Shown: positions 1 through 17,189 of the stretch, one piece after another
Numbering within the stretch: the first letter of the stretch is position 1
Layout of the letters: each line of letters begins with the position of its first letter
Assembly (NCBI GenBank): GCA_000004695.1
Contig: CM000151.3
Span: forward strand, 6,496,001-6,560,000
Length of the DNA stretch: 64,000 nucleotides
From: Dictyostelium discoideum
Lineage: Eukaryota
Reading direction: 5' to 3'
The notes under the pieces: model-generated
Database searches by the model: none
What the model was told of the DNA's origin: nothing
The model's input: the letters and a program-made list of their open reading frames with translations, nothing else
Program-made: the position numbers and the translations under genes

Positions 1-187
1 TTGATTTATTTATTTATTTTTATTCGTTTAATTTTATTATCTCTATTTTTCCTTTTTTTTTTTTTTTTTTCTATAATACAATAGACCTAAAAGAATAAAA
101 AAACTTTTTTTTTTTTTTTTTTTTTTTCATTTTGTTATTGGAAAAAATTCTTTTTTTTTGTTTTTTAATTTTAAATTAAATTAAATT

Positions 188-219
<32 letters not shown>

Positions 220-249
220 GTATTTTTATTTCCTTTTTGATCCTTAATT

Positions 250-282
<33 letters not shown>

Positions 283-381
283 TAATCTTTTTTATTTTTT
301 AATTTCTCTGTACAAAAATTGTTATAAAGAAAAAAAAAATTAAAATAAACACCAAAGAATTAGGTTCAAGTAGTGGCAGTG

Positions 382-384
<3 letters not shown>

Positions 385-432
<48 letters not shown>
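385..432. repeat. (AAT)n microsatellite in an intergenic region
   Basis: Perfect AAT trinucleotide run directly visible in the sequence. Confidence 0.9.
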
Positions 433-433
<1 letters not shown>

Positions 434-494
434 TAATAATATCAATAGAAATAGTATTTAGGTATAAGTGGTGATTATAATACATGGTTTCTTC

Positions 495-1523
495 ATGACA
501 TCACCAAATTTCACATCAAATAAAAATGAAAATGTATCAATATTAAATGATTTGCGACAAACAAATAAAAGACTTCTTATTTATGTTACCAAGAATGAAA
601 GTTTATTAAAAAAAGAATTTGAAATGGCACAAGAAATTAATGATTTAAAAAAAACCATTTCTGAAAGAGATACAAGAATTTTGGAGCTCCTAATAATTAA
701 TCGTCAACTCACACAAGTTAACGAACCATTAAAAAAAGATATTGATGGTTTGAAAGAAAGAGATAAAAAACAAGATGATACAATTAATTTATTAAAACAG
801 GAAATATCAGATTTAAATACCAAAATTGGTCAAATGGAAGAAGAAGCTCTTGTTCAATTAAAACTTATCAATAGGTCATATAATGGTTTAAAAAAAGCAA
901 ATGAGTTGCTTCAAACAAAAGCTACTGATTTGGAGGAAATAATTAAAAATCTCAATAAAGAAATGCAAAGTAAAGATACTATTATCAATAGATTAGAAAC
1001 AGATGTAGCAGAATTAAAAAAAAAAGAAGCCCAAAGACAATCGTCTGCGGTCTATGTTTATATGGCCGATTTATGCAATTATTATTTGAACAACAAATTG
1101 TACCCAGATGTTTTAAAAGTATTTGAATATGGCACATCAGGATATACTAATTTTTTACAAAAATTAAAAAACGATGGTGAACAACCCATATCATTTTTGA
1201 GTTATTTTCGTAGAGAATATGCTGAAGATCCAAATATCGCTGTCCAAGCAGCCCCACATGGAGTTAACTTAGGTTTTATGCTAGACTTAATCAATCACAG
1301 AAATACCTTTACCCATTCATACGTCCCATATTCCGTTACGAGTTTATTAAAACTCTCCATAGAGGGATACAACCACCTTGAAAGTAAAAATCATCAAGAT
1401 GTTCTCGGTCAAATGTTTGAATTATACCAAAACTTCACACCATCACCACCACCACAAAATAAACACGATGCACCTCCAGACAAAACTAATAACCCATTTA
1501 AACATTTTTTAAATAAAAAATAA
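495..1523 (+). CDS. Coiled-coil protein with a C-terminal helical domain carrying an RNTFTH (Rx4H, HEPN-like) motif; single exon
   Basis: The track ORF 468..1523 begins at GTG; the first in-frame ATG is at 495. The N-terminal 200 aa is heptad-rich (LKKTISERDTRILELL, EISDLNTKIGQMEEE). The C-terminal roughly 140 aa is a non-repetitive domain containing DLINHRNTFTHSY. The upstream sequence is (AAT)n/poly-T intergenic, so no upstream exon is expected. Confidence 0.6.
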   Translation: MTSPNFTSNKNENVSILNDLRQTNKRLLIYVTKNESLLKKEFEMAQEINDLKKTISERDTRILELLIINRQLTQVNEPLKKDIDGLKERDKKQDDTINLLKQEISDLNTKIGQMEEEALVQLKLINRSYNGLKKANELLQTKATDLEEIIKNLNKEMQSKDTIINRLETDVAELKKKEAQRQSSAVYVYMADLCNYYLNNKLYPDVLKVFEYGTSGYTNFLQKLKNDGEQPISFLSYFRREYAEDPNIAVQAAPHGVNLGFMLDLINHRNTFTHSYVPYSVTSLLKLSIEGYNHLESKNHQDVLGQMFELYQNFTPSPPPQNKHDAPPDKTNNPFKHFLNKK

Positions 1524-1772
1524 ACTTTCAATTGCTTTTATTTTTTTATTTTATTTTTTTAATTTTATTTTATTTTTTTTTTTATTTTTTTTTTTACTTT
1601 TTTTTTTATTTTTTTTTTATTTTTATTTTTTTTTTTTTTGGGGTTGTTAGAAATAATTTTAATTTTTTTTTTTTTTTTTTTTTTCATTACTTATATCTAT
1701 ATTTATATATATATATATAAAAAAAAAACAAAAAAAAAAAAAAAAACAAAAAATAAATAAATAAATATAAAA

Positions 1773-3261
1773 ATGGATCAACAACTAAAAGAGCTTAAAC
1801 AGATGTTTTTTTTGTTTGGACTTTCAATGGTTTCATACTATACATATATTAAACTTCAAGAATATGTAAAGAGACAACAGCGTCTCTCAATAATTAAAGA
1901 TCATAAGGTAATTATCAAATAAAATAAAATAAAAAACATTTTATTTATCTATTAAATTATTAATAATTATTATTATTATTATTATTTTTAAATTTTATTT
2001 ATTTTTTCATCTTCTTTTTTTTTCTTTTTTTTTTTTTTTTCAAAAGAATATAAAAGAGATATCAAGAATGCATTTCAACGAATATGAGTTTAAAATTTTA
2101 TCAGGTTTGGTAGTTCCTCGAAGAGACTCTATAAGATTTGAAGATATAGGAGGATTAGATCTTATAATAGAGGATTTAAAAGAAACTATATTTTTTCCAA
2201 TGCAAGCAGCAAGTAATCTTCCAAATAAAGCCAAGAATGGCAGTTTCCACAATGACTTATTCTCAGTACCAAAAGGTATCCTATTATATGGTCCACCAGG
2301 TACTGGTAAAACTATGTTAGCAAAAGCAATTTCATATCATTGTGGTTATAACTTTTTAGGTATGTTGTGTTTGCGTTATTCCTTTTTATATATATATATA
2401 TATACATATAAATAATTAATTAAAGAAAAAGGGTAGAAATTAATTTTTTTTTATTTATTTAAATTTATTTTAATAAAAAAAAAAAAAAAAGTAATTGATA
2501 ATTCAATGTTAGATAGTAAATGGTATGGAGAGACAGAGAAAATGGTATCAGCTATGTTTTCAGTTGCCAAAAAGCTTCAACCAACAATTATATTTATAGA
2601 TGAAATTGATTCAATGGTTTCTACTAGAGAAGATTCAGAAAATGAAACATCAAATAGTAAAAAATCAATACTATTACAACATTGGGACGGTTTCTTTAGT
2701 TCAGGTAATGATAAAGTTATTGTAATGGGTGCAACTAATAGACCAAATTCAATCGATTATGCATTCTTAAGAAGATTACCAAAACGTATAAAAGTTGATT
2801 TACCTGATAAAGACCAAAGAAAACATATTTTACAAATTGTAATTTAAACTTTTTAATTTATTTATTTATTTATTTCTTTATTTATTTATTTCTTTATTTC
2901 TTTATTTATTTATTTATTTATTTATTTATTAACCAACCAACAACACACACCATTATAAATTTTAAAATTTAAAGATGTTAGAATATCATGTAGAAAATGA
3001 TTTTGATTATGATAAAATTGCAAATTTAACAAAAGGTTATTCAGGTTCAGATTTAAAGGAATTATGTAAAAAAGCTTCAATGCGTATGTAATAAAATATA
3101 TTAAAAATAAAAATAAAAAAATAAAATAAAAAATTATTTTGTTTGAATACTAATATTTTTGAACGTCTACAGGTTTTATGAGATACCGACCTAAAACCGA
3201 TAATATATTTGACTCAATGAAAATACCATATGAGTATTTTGAAAAGGTGTTATTAGGTTAA
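1773..3261 (+). CDS. ATAD1/Msp1 (Thorase)-type membrane-anchored AAA ATPase, 5 exons
   Basis: Exons are 1773..1907, 2047..2359, 2492..2838, 2975..3083 and 3173..3261. Donors are GTAATT, GTATGT, GTAATT and GTATGT, with (T)nAG or AAAG acceptors, and all phases are consistent. The N-terminal TM anchor is MFFLFGLSMVSYYTYI. Walker A is GILLYGPPGTGKTM. The exon 2/3 junction recreates NFLVIDNSMLDSKWYGE, aligning with human ATAD1 FINLQPSTLTDKWYGE. Walker B is IIFIDEIDS and sensor-1 is VMGATNRP. The C-terminus GYSGSDLKELC...RPKTDNIFD matches the ATAD1 tail. Confidence 0.85.
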
Positions 3262-3899
3262 TTCCAGTTTAATTTGTATATCTCAAATCGCTAGCGACAA
3301 TTTTATCATTTTATCCCAGCTCCGGCTCAATTGATTACTAAAAATAAAAAAAAATATAAAAAAAAAAATAAAAAAATAAAAAAAATAAAAATCCAAATGA
3401 ATTATTATTATACCAGGTTTCTTGAAAGCAATAATGTTAACATTAATTATTATTAAAATCAAGGAAGAATTCATATGAAAGTTTGCCATAAAATACTAAA
3501 ATCGCATTCGTTGCATTCAAAATAAAAATAAAGTTAATAGTAAAAATAATCACGATCTTTTATTTGAAAAGATATTTTATAATAAAAAAAAAGAAAAAAA
3601 AAATCGATTTCATAATGAAAGTAATATTTAAAAAATATTTTTAAAAAAAAAAAAACGATATGTTATAATAAAATGATGATGATGATGATCTTTTATTTGA
3701 AAAAATAAAAAAAAAAACGATATGTTATAATAAAACAAAATGATTTTAGATTAAAGAGGATCCAATTTTCGATTTCGTTCAATTTCATATGAAAATGATT
3801 TCTTGTTCCATTTTTATTTTATTTTATTTTTTTTTTTTTTTTTAATTTTTCCAATTTTTATTTTTTTTTTTTTTTTTTTTTTTTTTTATTTATTATTAT

Positions 3900-3951
<52 letters not shown>

Positions 3952-4192
3952 CAAAACACAACGTCGCAAAACTGTTTTTATGTTTGGAAACCAAAATCAC
4001 CAAAATAAAAAAAAAATACAAAGTTGAACTATTTTTAATCTAAACACTTAAGCCAGCATTGCAAAATAATAATTAAATATTAAATAAATCAAAAATTGAA
4101 AAAATAAAAAAAAAAAATATTTAAGTTGAAAATTTTCTTTTTTTTTTTTTTAATTTACAATAAAAAACACACAAACCACAATTATATTTCCT

Positions 4193-4232
<40 letters not shown>

Positions 4233-4276
4233 AGATTGGCTTTGAAATTAATGAAATAATTTAAATAATATAAAAC

Positions 4277-4311
<35 letters not shown>

Positions 4312-4337
4312 ATAATAATAACAATAAAACTAAAATC

Positions 4338-8666
<4,329 letters not shown>

Positions 8667-8887
8667 AAAAAAAATAAAAAAAACAAAAAAAAAAAAAAAA
8701 AAAATATAAAAAAACAAATAAAAATATTATTGGAATCAATTTTTTAAAAAAAAAAAAAATCATTAAAATTGTTTAATTGACTATTTAAAATAGTTTTTAT
8801 ATGATTTATTAAGATGTACAAATTTTTTTTTATATAATTTAAAAGGTTTCCAAGTTTCCAAGTTTCCAGGTTTTTTTTTTTTTTTTT

Positions 8888-9577
8888 TTACATTAATTTA
8901 TAAGTTTTAACTTCACATCCATATGCAGTTGGTAATAATGAAATTACAGTGTTTAATGGTATATTAATATATGGGAATTTTTCAATTGGTTCACCTGTGA
9001 TATAGCCATATAAGCATCTTAATGGTGCTGGATGACTAACTATTAGTGATGTGTTTTTAGCTGTATGTGATGAAGATAGTAAAAAAAAAAAAAGAATTAG
9101 TAATTTTATTTTTTATTTTTTTTTTATTTTTTTTTTTTTCTATCTAAAATAACAAATAACATACTTCTCTCTAATTCTAGAATTACAGATTCTAATCTTT
9201 GAATTACATCTAAATAACATTCTCCTCTTGGTATTCTATAGCCTAATTTATCATCACTATGAGCACCAAATTCTTCTGGCATCTTTTTTAAGATATCCTC
9301 TCTTTTTAAACCTTGCCATTCTCCACGATCTAAATCATCCAATGCTTTTACATGAATTTTTGGATGTGGTATATATTGTGCCGTTCTAATTGATCTCTTA
9401 AATGTTGATGTCCAAACTGTAACTTCTTCATTTTGTGAATTTTCATCAACCCATGATGCTAATCTATGTGAAAAATTCTCACCTTCTGCTGTTAATTCTG
9501 AATCACCACCTTTTCTATAAAATGTTTTTTTTTTTTTTTGAATAACAAAATAAAATACAATATAAGTATATATTTTA

Positions 9578-9637
<60 letters not shown>

Positions 9638-11143
9638 TTGATATTGTATTTTTTTTATTTCTTTTTTTTAAATATATATATATACAAACCTTCCTAAAAC
9701 TTCCCATTCAGATTCACCAGATCTACATAATAAAATTGGACGTGGTGTTAAATGTAAATTCATTAATAAAAACATAATTCTACTTGGTAAATAACCTGTA
9801 ATATTATTGGCTATAATCTTTTTACCAACATCAAATAATTTAATAAATTGAAGTTGATCAGATTTATCAATGCTAACATATTCCTTTTCATAATATGATA
9901 ATCTTTCTCTAAAATGATTGACTGCTTCTGCTTGACTATGATGTTCATAATCTGGTGATGATTTCCAATTTTCAATCATATTTGTTTCAATTTTTTCTAA
10001 AAAAAATAAATAAATTAATTTAGATTAGTATTTTTGTATATATATATATATATATATTATTGGTTATTTTGATTTATTAAAAACAAAAAAAAAAGAATAC
10101 AAACTTTTATCAGTCATAAAAGATTCAACGAAAATTACTTTTTCAATACCTTCTCTTGCGCATCTTGATAAAATTAATTGTCTTCTTTCAGTTGTTAAAT
10201 TTGTAGCATCGAAAATACCAGCTTGAGCGCCAGAATTTAACCAAGCCATCATATCATCAATTGCAGCGACCGCCATATGTAATCTAACCCTAGATGCATC
10301 TATATTACCAGGATCAAAGAATTCAGCTGGTTGTTTTGCACCTAATCTTAATCTTCTATAATCTCCAACAGTGAATACCTTTGCTGGTACACCCATCCAA
10401 TTTAATAAATTTCTAACTTTTCTACTAATATATGTTTTACCTGATGCTGGTAATCCAACCATTACCACAACAATCTTATCAGATTCAAATCCTGTATAAA
10501 CATATTGTCTTTTTTTACCTTCTGTAATCACTATAAATTTAATAATAAATAATTAGTATGAATATATATATATATATAAACTATTACTATTATTATTATT
10601 TAATTATTTATTATTATTTATTATTTATTATTAATTATTTATTATTATTATTATTTGAAATAAATTTTATAATGATACTATACAATCAGAAGAACCTTTT
10701 CTCATCTCTAGAGTACAACCTGGATATAAATCGCTAATTTCATCCAATTCGTATAATGTTTTAGTTTGTCTATGTTTAATAATGAATGGTGTTAATGTAT
10801 CTTTATTATATTCTGGGAAAAGTGTTAGGAATAAGTCGTTCAAATCCTCTAAAGTTTTCCCATTAAATGATGTGGCTCTCATTTTACCACGAACTTTAAA
10901 GAAAATAATAAGACTGTTTTCATCTTTATGTTGTTGATGTTCTAAATTATATTATTGTGATGAAGTGATAGTGTTATTAGTGTTGTGTGTGTGTGTTTTT
11001 TTTTTTTTTTTGTAGTATGCGTGATTTTTATAAAAAGTTAGTTAAAAAAAAAAAAAAGATTTGTATAATTTATAATTATTTTATAAATATATATATAATA
11101 TAATTATAGTAATATTATAGTATTATTTACCATTACTTGTCAT
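8888..11143 (-). CDS. 6-phosphofructo-2-kinase/fructose-2,6-bisphosphatase (PFKFB-like) with an extra N-terminal ubiquitin-like (beta-grasp) exon; 6 exons
   Basis: Minus-strand exons are 11143..11131 (ATGACAAGTAATG then GTAAAT), 10941..10684, 10530..10105, 9996..9690, 9514..9165 and 9060..8888. Phases are consistent throughout (1,1,1,2,1). The kinase has P-loop VVVMVGLPASGKTYISRKV and DATNLTTERRQL. The exon 3/4 junction rebuilds VESFMTDKKKIETNMIENWKSSPDY, aligning with human [27 protein letters not shown]. The bisphosphatase has LCRSGESEWEVLGR|KGGDSELTAEG (RHG motif equivalent) and the C-terminus ...LPTAYGCEVKTYKLM*. The frame shown for 10531 in the track begins at GTG, which is really the acceptor TTTATAG|TG. 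Confidence 0.8.
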
Positions 11144-11178
11144 TGTTCTATTAAGTTTGTTTATTATTACTTTATTTT

Positions 11179-11209
<31 letters not shown>

Positions 11210-11359
11210 TAAATTAAAAGAAGAAAAAAAAAAAATGAAAAAATTAAATTAATTTAAAAAAAATAAAAAAATGGAAAATGAAAAAAAAAAAAAAAAAAAA
11301 AAAAAATTTTTTTTTTTGGTTGGTCAAAATATCTATTTTTAAAAATTTTATTAATAAAT

Positions 11360-11375
11360 AAGGATTAATATCCTT
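11360..11375. repeat. Perfect 16-bp palindrome AAGGATTAATATCCTT, with a second partial copy of ATAAATAAGGATTA 60 bp downstream (11420-11436)
   Basis: Seen directly. It lies in the intergenic region upstream of the PFKFB-like gene. Confidence 0.6.
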
Positions 11376-11717
11376 TTATTAATTTCAAACCAATAATAGT
11401 CTTTTAAAAATTTTATAAATAAAATAAGGATTATGACGTTGCGTTTAAAATTTTTATTAATCTCAATAACAATCTAATAAAAAAAATATTAATTATTTCT
11501 TAACCCTAAAAATTTATTCAATTTATAAAAAAAAAAAAAAAAAATCTTTATTTAACATTCGAATAATAAAAAAAAGAAAAACACACACACAAATAATTTT
11601 AAGATTTAAATTATAATTCCCTTAACAATTTTTTTTTTTTTTAAATCTTTTATCTCTTAATTTTATTTTTTGTAAATATTTAGTAATACTTTTATTTAAT
11701 ATATTTTTTTTTTCTTT

Positions 11718-11755
<38 letters not shown>

Positions 11756-11775
11756 TAATATTATTTATTTATTAT

Positions 11776-14379
11776 TTATTTTTTTTTATTTTTTGATGAA
11801 GACTTTGAGTTGAATATATCATCAATTTCATCATGTTTATCATTTGATTTTTTAGATTTCTTTTTTGGTTTTTCATCATCAGTATTTTGATCTTGTTCTT
11901 CATCTTGGTCAACTTTTTCAATTTCTTGTTTTTTATTTGATTTTTTATTATTTGTTGAGGTAGCAGTAGTAGTAGTATCTTTTTCATTTTCATTATCATT
12001 TAAAAGGTCAGAGAATAATTTTCTCTTTTTATCTTTTGAAGTGACATCATTAGCCCAACTATCTTTCTTTTTCTTATATTTATTAATTTGACAAATCATT
12101 AAAACGTAACGACCACATGGACGGGCGAATAAACGTTCTTCCTCTTTCATCAACTCTACAGCAATGACATCTTTTTGTTTAAAATCTGCAATTTTATACA
12201 TTTTTTCAATGGAATAACTACCATAACGATCTTCACCTATTGTAACGAAATTACCATTGAATTTAGTGATTAATTGATTCTTCTTTGGCAATGGTACATT
12301 TTGACTATCCAAAAATCCATCCAATACTTTACTACCGATAACATTGGTAGCCAATGAGAGTAAATATTCGATATCCAAAGAGAGGAAACTTTCAATGGTA
12401 GTTTTATTGTAGTCATTTGGGAATTTAAATAACAATTGAAGTATGACAGCACCACAAGCAGAATACATTTGATTATGAGATACATTACCCTCCAAACCCA
12501 ATAAATATTTAGCAATCTCTTTTTGATCAGTTTTATAATTTGGTAAGAGTGCTTCATTCAAATGTTTAATAATCTCTTTTTCATAGGCTGACCATTTCAA
12601 TGATTGTTCAATTAATTTCTGTACTATTAAACCTCTACCCATTTTAAATAGTTGTTTAAATGAATCCTTAAACTCTTGAATTAAAGTTAAGAAATGACCT
12701 TCACAATGGCAATGATCAATCAATTGTTGAACGACATGATTTGCATAGAAATCCTCTGAAAGATCCAATAGATCATGTTTACACAATTGAATCAACTCTA
12801 AAAAGATAACTTCTGGTGCTGTCTTTACAATGATTTCACAAAATACTGATCCAAATTGATTCTTCATTGCTTTAATAAGTTGTTTCTTTGAGAATTCTTC
12901 ATTGGACATCTTTATAAATGCTTCTAACCATGAACGATAAATTTCAATTGGTGCATTTGATAACACTTGAAATATTGATTTAATCGTTTCAATTGGTTCC
13001 TTTTGTGTTGAATATTTAACCATATTTGATTTAATTGGATCTTTAATTTTCTCTAATATCTCTTTTAATTTATCTGTAAATTCTTTTGATACTGGATATT
13101 CATTTGATTCTGGTTTCTCTTGTTGACGTTCCAATTCTAACATTCTTTCTTTATATGGTTTCTTTTTACCACCACCTTGACCATTACCTTGACCATTACC
13201 TTGACCTGGTTGATCTCCACCATTTGGTAATTTCTTTTCTTTTACTGTACCTGATAAAATTAAAATTATTGATGAGAAAACATAACTTGCATATCTATCA
13301 GTTACTGTCTTTAAAATATCCTTTAATAATAAATCACATAAATTAAAGAGAATCTCATTGAATTTATTCAATGTTTCTTTATCTGATCTATTTACAATCT
13401 TTGGTGTTGATCTTAATAAACCTTCAATAACTCTTGATCCATTTGCATCATTAATCAACTTTTCAAATTCTTTACCAAATGATTCAAAAAATTTAACAAT
13501 AACTTTTGGATCTTTACATTTTTGAAACATTGATTCTAATACTAAACTTGTCTTTTTATCACATGCTACTAAACTTTCTTTACCTTCAATTTCTTTATAT
13601 GCATTTTCAATCATAATTTCAATTTCTAAAAAAAATAAAAATAAAAATTAGTATTTAAAATAATAATAATTAATAATTTATTGTATTTTATAATAATTTT
13701 TACCTTCTTGATCAACAGCTTCTTCTTGTTTATTAATTAATGATTCAATTCTTGTGAAATAAGATCTTGTATCTAAATCTAATTGTGGAGCTGATGGATT
13801 AGTTGCATCCTCAACTACAAATTCTTCATCTTCTTGTTTATTTGGTCTTCTGTTATTTTCACTGTTTCTATCACCATTTCTATCATTGAATCTTCCACCT
13901 CTACCTCCACCTCTACCACCACCTCTTCCACCACTACCATTTCTATCACCATATCTACTATCACCATTTCTACTATCACCATTTCTATCACCATATCTGC
14001 CACCACCATTGTTATAATCCCTACCACCATTATCTCTATCATTATATCTACCACTTCCACCACTATTTCTACTACCAACTTTATCTATATAAAATCCACC
14101 ACCATTTGATTGATCATTGTTGTAATCTCTATTATTATTCCAACTTTTTTTATAGTTTCCGTCATCACCTCCTTCATTATTCCAACTCTTTTTATAGTTT
14201 CCACCATCACCTCCTTGATTATTCCAACTTTTTTTATAGTTTCCACCATCACCTCCTTCATTATTCCAACTTTTTTTATATCCACCACCGTAACCGCCAT
14301 CACCTCCTTCATTATTCCAACTTTTTTTATATCCACCACCATAACCACCTTCATAATTTGATTTTTTATTATATGACAT
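11776..14379 (-). CDS. Nop9-like nucleolar Pumilio-repeat RNA-binding protein with an N-terminal GGY/RGG low-complexity region; 2 exons
   Basis: Exon 1 is 14379..13704, from the ATG at 14379 to the donor GTAAAA in phase 1. Exon 2 is 13625..11776, after the acceptor TTTTTTTTAG. The junction reads ...EEAVDQE|EIEIMIENAYK. Pumilio-type repeats are visible (GSRVIEGLL, NHVVQQLIDHC, GSKVLDGFL). The Nop9-type tail is ARPCGRYVLMICQINKYKKKKDSWAND followed by a K/D/E-rich C-terminus. Exon 1 encodes (GGYGGGYKKSWNNEGGDGG)n repeats and an RGG box. Confidence 0.7.
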
Positions 14380-14662
14380 TTTGTTGTTATTAACCTTTTT
14401 TCTTTAATAACTATTTTTAAAAAATAAAAAAAAAAAAAAAAAAAAAAATTTTTTGACTCGAGTCTTTCGTTTTTAAATTTTTTTTTTTTTTTTTTTTAAT
14501 TTTATTTTATTTTAATTTTATTTTTATTTTTATTTTTATTTTATTTTTTTTCTGACTTTTTTTCCATAAAAAAAAAAACTTGATTTTTGTTTAACAAATT
14601 TTTTCAACCCAAATTCTTGGATTTAGGTTAGTCAATTACTAACAAATATCTTGATCTCCATA

Positions 14663-14702
<40 letters not shown>

Positions 14703-14817
14703 CAACAAATTTAATTAAAAATTTTTTATTATCTTTATTTTCTATTATCTTTATTTTTATTATTTTTATTATTTTAATTTTTTTTTTTTATATTTTTTTA
14801 TATTTTTTTTGGTAATT

Positions 14818-15350
14818 TTATATATTTAAACGTGATTTTGAATTAAAATTTGAAAGTGTAAAAAATTTGACGATTTCATCACGAGATACATCATCTTCTC
14901 TTCTTTTTTCAATATTTTTAACTTTAATTGTCTTCTTTGCACCTTTTTCTTTAATAGTGATAATGTAAAGAGCACCAGAAGTGATTGAAGCGTCTTGTTG
15001 TTCTTCTGGTGTTGGATTTTCAATATACATAGTTTCAGCATTAAATCCTGCATTACACAAATCACCAACTATACCAATACGTTCTAAAAATAAGTTTGGA
15101 CCAAGACTAATGACAAAGATATCAGGAGTTGAGAATTTATGAGCAATCATTTGACTTTCACTTGACAAAGTTGGAGGTAATTGTTGTCTTCTCTTTTGTG
15201 AATATAATTCACGTTCTCTCGAATAGACCTTATCCATCGCAACACTTAATCCAGTAATTGGTAAATTAAAATTTGTTAAATAACAATTACTATAATAATT
15301 ATAATTATAATTATTATTATTATTATAATTATTATAGCTATTATTATTAT

Positions 15351-15382
<32 letters not shown>

Positions 15383-17143
15383 TTATTACTATTATTTAAA
15401 TTAAGTGGTGAATCATATCTACCACCAACAGCAAGACATTCATGCTTTTCTTCTTTTAATATAACTTGAAACATTATACCAGTTGAATAGAAATTTTCAC
15501 TAAAACAATAAGAAAGATCAAAAATTACTTTATGAGGTGAAATTGACATTTTTTCAAAATAAACTGCTAATTGTCTAATATCTTCTAATAAATCTGTAAA
15601 TGATGAACTAATTCTAACATTGTTATTGTTATTATTGTTATTATTATTATTACCTAAACTACCATTACCAGATAATAATGGATTATTATTTTGAGAAGCA
15701 TCTAATTTCTTTAAAACATCTGGTATTGTACCTTTAACTAATACCCAATTTGCTATTCTTTCAACTTGTTTTAAAGGAAGTTTAAATTTCTCTAATAAAA
15801 CTTTTTTAACAGTGAACCATGGTTGACGAATTAATTGACTCACCACTTGACTAATTTCATTCTTTAAGGTTAGATCAGTGATACCAATGAATTTCCACAT
15901 ATATTCAACGATACCGAAATGATTTAAACGTACGAAATAAAAATTTTGAGTCGATGGTAATGAATCGAAAATTTCCGTTGTAACTTTAATCGTTTCAGCA
16001 TCGGAATACAATGAAGATGAACCAAAAACATCAAAACAAAATTGTGATAATTCTTTTGGTAATTTACCAACTAAATGTGGTTTTCTAAATACATGTCCAA
16101 ATTCATAACGTTTAATTGGTGCTTTTGAAAGTAATTCTAAAATTTCATCAACTGATCTTGTCGTAGTATTAGATTTATCTTGATCATGATGACGATCATT
16201 ACTATTATTATTATTACTATTACCATTACTACTATTGTCATGACGAACATCATTTTGTTGTTGATGATGATGTTTATAATGATCACCAAGATTTAAAAAT
16301 TCAGTTTCAATAAATGATTTAAATGAAACACGAAGATCATGTCTTAATTCTAAAAGTTGACCACTATCATCCATTAATATTGATTTACCAGTTTTATTTG
16401 AAACTTTATTAATATTTGATGTAGATGTTGATTTATTTATTACAACTGAATTTGTATTATTAGCAGTATTTGTGGTGGATGTAGTGGTAGTAGTTGATGA
16501 TGATGATGATGAATTATTAAATAAATTTGGTTGTTCATTCCATTCTTTAATTATTGACATTTGGGGTGTTAACATTTCATTAGCATTATGTTTTTTTAAG
16601 ATTGTTATTATGACATCATCAACCAATTGTTTAACTTGAAGTAAATCTAAACTACAAAATAAGGATTTACTATAGGAGGATGAAGTTACACTTGATTGTT
16701 GATGATGATAAATATGGGAATGAAGATGTTGATGATTTTGTGAAAACAATGAATTTAACATAGTTTGATAGAATTGATTAGTTGGATTTGTAATTACACG
16801 AATTGAATTCTTAATATATTCATCCTCCATTTTTGGTGGCATTAATTCACTTTGTAATAATTGTTGAGCACTTGGTCTTTTTGCTGGATCTTTATCGATT
16901 AACATTCGAATCAATGTTGCCTGTCTAGAATGATTACGTTCAAAGTCACTTGGGAATTCAAATTTTTCACGAAGATTTCTTAAAACGATAACTCTTTCAT
17001 GACCAGTTGAAAAAACATACCACATTTCAAAGAAAACAATACCTAAACTATACATATCAACTTTATCATCATATGCACTATCACCATTTGTACCTGCTTC
17101 TTGTTCTGGACTTGTATAAAATAATGTACCAACTCTTGCTGTA

Positions 17144-17189
<46 letters not shown>

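Noticed and set aside
1532-1720. Poly-F/poly-Y ORFs from the track (also 3803..4027, 4121..4534, 8572..8763, 26274..26492, 42608..42802, 51570..51830, 57105..57353, 57806..58051)
   Set aside because: These are translations of poly(T)/poly(A) and simple AT repeats, with no ATG context and no complexity. This is typical Dictyostelium intergenic or intronic DNA.
10064-10531. Track ORF start codons at 10531 (GTG), 468 (GTG), 27035 (GTG) and 63905 (TTG) shown as Met
   Set aside because: The ORF caller accepts bacterial alternative start codons. For this eukaryote the starts were re-derived from upstream exons or the first ATG. At 10531 the G is actually the last base of an intron acceptor (TTTATAG|TG).
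10883-11770. Possible transposon or long repeat between the PFKFB-like and Nop9-like genes
   Set aside because: The region holds only simple sequence ((GT)n, poly-A/T) plus one short palindrome. There are no TE-like ORFs or terminal repeats.
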